Under the pieces are notes generated by a model. It had not been told where the DNA came from, made no database searches, and saw nothing but the letters and a program-made list of their open reading frames with translations. This document shows, piece after piece, positions 27,171 to 29,878 of a DNA stretch of 29,878 nt. Position 1 is the first letter of the stretch. Every line of letters starts with the position of its first letter. This stretch comes from Candidatus Thorarchaeota archaeon. GTDB lineage: Archaea; Asgardarchaeota; Thorarchaeia; Thorarchaeales; Thorarchaeaceae. Where the stretch lies: positions 1 to 29,878 of the forward strand of contig RDNZ01000034.1 in the NCBI GenBank assembly GCA_011364905.1, in the 5' to 3' direction. Both the position numbers and the translations under genes were made by a program.

Positions 27171-27193
27171 TGCTGGCCGGACGAAATCCGAAC
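27171..27193 (-). repeat. tRNA 3'-end repeat R4 (degenerate)
   Basis: tgctgg-ccggacgaaatccgaac, 18/24 with one gap; preceded by an A-run like the other repeats. Confidence 0.7.
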
Positions 27194-27267
27194 TCCCGTC
27201 TTCGAAGAGATTTTATTGGTATCTATGAACTCCTTTGATAACAACGCACTCAGGTTGATGAATATCG

Positions 27268-27768
27268 GTGCAACTAGATCCTCAGACCTTCTCAATTGTT
27301 ATCGCAGCCTCAAGCGTCATTATTGGTGTCATTTTCAGCGTTGCTTCTATCCTCATGTCGACTAGAAATGCAGCCAAGTCAAGACAAGCTTCAATCTTTC
27401 TGGAATTCCTCAGTGTCGTTTCAGAGAAGGAATTCTTTGGTGATTTTCAGCAGATTCTTGGAAAATGGGAGTGGGAGGACGCAAAAGATTTCGCCTCCAA
27501 ATATGGACCAGTAACAAATCCAACGGATTACAACACATTTGTCAGAATCGTGACACAATTCGATAGCATGGGGACTCTGGTCCGAAACAAGTTGACTGAC
27601 ATTTTGTTCATGCCCAGAGGAATCGCTATTATGGTCACAAGTTTCTGGGAACGATTCAAACCAATCGCCTCTGACCTGGAGGTGATATGGGGAAATGCTG
27701 ATGTCTTTGGTGAGATCGAATATCTCTACAATGAGATAAAGAAGGCTCGTGTGTCTGTGGTAAAGTAG
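27268..27768 (+). CDS. N-terminal TM protein, DUF4760-like; cassette gene
   Basis: QTFSIVIAASSVIIGV TM, then RQASIF, FDSMGTLV, FWERFKP, IEYLYNE; family call is from memory. Confidence 0.7.
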   Translation: MQLDPQTFSIVIAASSVIIGVIFSVASILMSTRNAAKSRQASIFLEFLSVVSEKEFFGDFQQILGKWEWEDAKDFASKYGPVTNPTDYNTFVRIVTQFDSMGTLVRNKLTDILFMPRGIAIMVTSFWERFKPIASDLEVIWGNADVFGEIEYLYNEIKKARVSVVK

Positions 27769-27789
27769 TGGACCAGGCTTGATTTGAGC
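27766..27789 (-). repeat. tRNA-Ala 3'-end repeat R3
   Basis: tagtggaccaggcttgatttgagc, 19/24; its first 3 nt are the stop codon of the adjacent gene. Confidence 0.85.
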
Positions 27790-27829
27790 TCACTGAAGAC
27801 GATATAGCTGACAACCAATAATCATTAGT

Positions 27830-28225
27830 TTAAGGACTATCTTGTGTATATTCGATTGCTAGCAATACAGCTTCCACAGCAGAGAGTCCAATTACAAAGC
27901 TTACATGAATTCCGAGAATCAATCCATCAATAGATCTCAAAGAGCCTGCAAAAGTAAGTTCAATCAGAACGGCTAAAACCATCAAACAAAAGGGAATACG
28001 CAGATCATCCATCTTTTCTTCGACTAGTTGTTTGCCGAAGATGCCCTCTAGAAGTGCGACTAAAACTATCAGACCGTATGGGCCAGCCCGAATTACTACA
28101 ACCATGTCCCACGGGAATTGAGATAATATGTAGGACTGCCTAACCTCCAAGGCAATTATTAGTGAGAGGACCAACACGGTCCTTGCCGCGTGAATGACTC
28201 CCAGATTCCTCTGTATCTTAGTCAA
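27830..28225 (-). CDS. Small four-TM membrane protein, H-x-A-R family paralog B; cassette gene
   Basis: IHAAR, AGPYG, IHVSFVIGLS.VE; GAGGGA SD before TTG. Confidence 0.75.
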   Translation of the reverse strand: MTKIQRNLGVIHAARTVLVLSLIIALEVRQSYILSQFPWDMVVVIRAGPYGLIVLVALLEGIFGKQLVEEKMDDLRIPFCLMVLAVLIELTFAGSLRSIDGLILGIHVSFVIGLSAVEAVLLAIEYTQDSP

Positions 28226-28304
28226 ATCAATCCCTCACAAACCAACCTGATACTAGTAGACTGGATGCCTATTAATCAAACTCAACAAGCAATCAGAAAA
28301 GAAA

Positions 28305-28326
28305 TGGTGGATCGGGCGTGATTTGA
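28305..28326 (-). repeat. tRNA-Ala 3'-end repeat R2
   Basis: tggtggatcgggcgtgatttga, 20/22. Confidence 0.92.
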
Positions 28327-28818
28327 CTATGAAAAATCGGAGATAGCCTGATTTCTCCCCAGTCCTTTGGCCAATAGCCCCATTTCTAATGTCCCAAGTA
28401 GAGATACTCCCAGTATCAAAAGGACCTTTGCTAAAACAGGCACGGTAGCTGGAATATCTAATCCATACACAAACAGAATATTATCTGTGATAAGCAGAAG
28501 GATAACTTGAGATACTAATTGACCTAGCGTCGGAAGTACATATCCGCCTAGTGTTTTCCAGTGTTTTTGGAGTACATACACATCAAGTCCAATCAACACA
28601 ACTGCAGGGACAATAAAGACGAACGGATATGAGACTAGTGACGGATATGGTCCCCCAGGACTGTTAAAGACATCAAAACGGTACTTTTCGTAGTTGACAT
28701 GTAGTATGAGTGGAAAGGAAGTGAAAACTGTCACTCTTGCCAGATGTAATAGTCTAACCAATATTGGTCTGTTCGAGTGTTCACCTACTTTCTCTTGATA
28801 TAAGCCATTTGACAGCAC
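28327..28818 (-). CDS. Four-TM membrane protein, distant H-x-A-R family paralog C; cassette gene
   Basis: LHLAR...PLILHVNY, GGPYP, LEMGLLA align with paralog A (IHCAR...PLVMHFKY, AGPFG, TEVGLIA); start may be GTG about 27 nt downstream. Confidence 0.7.
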   Translation of the reverse strand: MLSNGLYQEKVGEHSNRPILVRLLHLARVTVFTSFPLILHVNYEKYRFDVFNSPGGPYPSLVSYPFVFIVPAVVLIGLDVYVLQKHWKTLGGYVLPTLGQLVSQVILLLITDNILFVYGLDIPATVPVLAKVLLILGVSLLGTLEMGLLAKGLGRNQAISDFS

Positions 28819-28881
28819 CTGAGTTACCCTCTTAGAGATATTCTAAATGAGCTTAGAAAATGTTTCTTACGCAAGAAGAAG

Positions 28882-28905
28882 TGGTGGACCGGGCGTGATT
28901 CGAAC
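28882..28905 (-). repeat. tRNA-Ala 3'-end repeat R1
   Basis: tggtggaccgggcgtgattcgaac, 24/24 identical to the tRNA. Confidence 0.97.
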
Positions 28906-28953
28906 TATGACATTGATAGAATATGTTAATATGCCCTCATTCGAAAGTATCAC

Positions 28954-29652
28954 TTGGAGTTTCGGGAATTGGTGTTCAATCAATCCACAAAGAGAATCGT
29001 GGGAATTGCTACTGCACTTGTTTTGGTAGGAATTATTATTGTTGGGTTCTCCATTGCATTGAACCCTCCTACCAGCAACATACCAGATCCACCCTTTCTT
29101 TATTCCAGCTTGAATGACCTATTCAGATACCGCAATGACACTCTAGGTGGTGCTGTGACTAACTACCTAGAATTCGAACTTTCATTTAGTAATTTTCAAG
29201 ATGGGAGTGCCTTCCTGAGATTGGCCCGTGCCATAATCACAGTATGGGTGGCCGATGTAACAACTCATCAACCCGACGCCACTTTGATGCAATATGATCC
29301 ATCTAGTTCATTGATTTCCTGTAATCCACCAAGACCCCGGTATCAGTTATTCTTCAGTGACAACAATGCTACTGATGGAGAATGGTCCGCTACTGGAACC
29401 TGTACAGTGATTCTGGGAACAACTGAGTTGCTCGAGAGTAACTCAATTGTTGTTTACTATGGTTTTATGATGAGTAATAATCTAGCAAGAGAATTGGATG
29501 GACATCAGTTCCTTGTCAAGATTCAGGCTGACATCACATACAATGCATTCTACTTGGGAGGAATATTAAATTTTCATTATCAGGATGCGACCTACAATTG
29601 GACATTGGGTGAAGATGTGCCTATCTACATGCTGCCTGCTGATTCAACATGA
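28954..29652 (+). CDS. Single-TM exported hypothetical protein; tRNA-proximal cassette gene
   Basis: N-terminal TM, beta-rich domain with N-x-S/T sequons; stop lies 10 bp from the tRNA CCA end. Confidence 0.7.
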   Translation: MEFRELVFNQSTKRIVGIATALVLVGIIIVGFSIALNPPTSNIPDPPFLYSSLNDLFRYRNDTLGGAVTNYLEFELSFSNFQDGSAFLRLARAIITVWVADVTTHQPDATLMQYDPSSSLISCNPPRPRYQLFFSDNNATDGEWSATGTCTVILGTTELLESNSIVVYYGFMMSNNLARELDGHQFLVKIQADITYNAFYLGGILNFHYQDATYNWTLGEDVPIYMLPADST

Positions 29653-29662
29653 ACCAAAAAAG

Positions 29663-29739
29663 TGGTGGACCGGGCGTGATTCGAACACGCGACCTCTTCC
29701 ATGCCAAGGAAGCGATCTACCGGGCTGATCTACCGGCCC
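29663..29739 (-). tRNA. tRNA-Ala(GGC)
   Basis: Reverse complement GGGCCGG-TA-GATCAGCCCGGTAGATC-G-CTTCC TT GGC AT GGAAG-AGGTC-GCGTG TTCGAAT CACGC-CCGGTCC-A-CCA, with the G3:U70 alanine identity pair. Confidence 0.98.
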
Positions 29740-29878
29740 ATGCTTGTGGTTCGCAGTCTTTGCTGGAACGGTTAAAAGAATTGTGGAGTAGAATCTTCTA
29801 TGTCCTCTCGATATCTCCAGTGTTTGTCTTGATGTTCCTGCCTTACGTATAAGTTAGCTCTTCTCCTAGAGCTTGCCC

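Larger units (their letters stand above)
25134..29739. mobile_element. Putative tRNA-anchored array of six single-gene cassettes (integrase not in window)
   Basis: Six direct tRNA 3'-end repeats, each interval holding exactly one ORF. Confidence 0.75.

Noticed and set aside
25134-28905. CRISPR array interpretation of the 24-nt repeats
   Set aside because: Spacers are 0.5-1.5 kb whole genes, the repeats match the tRNA 3' end, and no cas genes are present
25134-28905. Split or permuted tRNA pieces for trans-splicing
   Set aside because: Fragments are degenerate (including in CCA), lack visible complementary leaders or BHB ends, and the intact tRNA is adjacent
28847-29029. ORFs sharing SGGPGVIRT (also 29649..29852 and the similar start of 25133..25378)
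   Set aside because: The shared peptide is just the antisense translation of the tRNA 3' end
1-29878. Integrase, transposase or reverse transcriptase explaining the arrays
   Set aside because: No ORF shows tyrosine-recombinase R-H-R-Y, serine-recombinase, DDE or YxDD signatures; any mobilising enzyme must be outside the window or unrecognised

Overview
Archaeal chromosomal region. An Asgard/Thorarchaeota-like origin is my inference from ribosomal protein eS26, CCA-encoding archaeal tRNAs with bulge-helix-bulge introns at non-canonical positions, a corrinoid protein and the overall gene content. The window holds about 40 CDSs and four minus-strand tRNA genes: Gly-GCC (two introns), Val-GAC, Phe-GAA (T-loop intron) and Ala-GGC. 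The main finding is an integron-like array of single-gene cassettes. Downstream of tRNA-Ala, at least six direct, progressively degenerate copies of the tRNA's 24-nt 3' end are spaced 0.5-1.5 kb apart, and each interval holds exactly one gene, in either orientation. The same architecture recurs behind tRNA-Val (two repeats, two genes) and behind the protein gene dut (a duplicated 66-nt 3' end with 10 of 12 changes synonymous, flanking one gene). No integrase or transposase is visible in the window. Other points of interest: a 54-aa, 10-Cys protein and a truncated BNR-repeat gene, both absent from the ORF track; a surface-anchored nucleoside hydrolase; an archaeal M23 peptidase; tandem ferritin-like paralogs lacking iron ligands; a frameshifted small gene; and several palindromic operator candidates.
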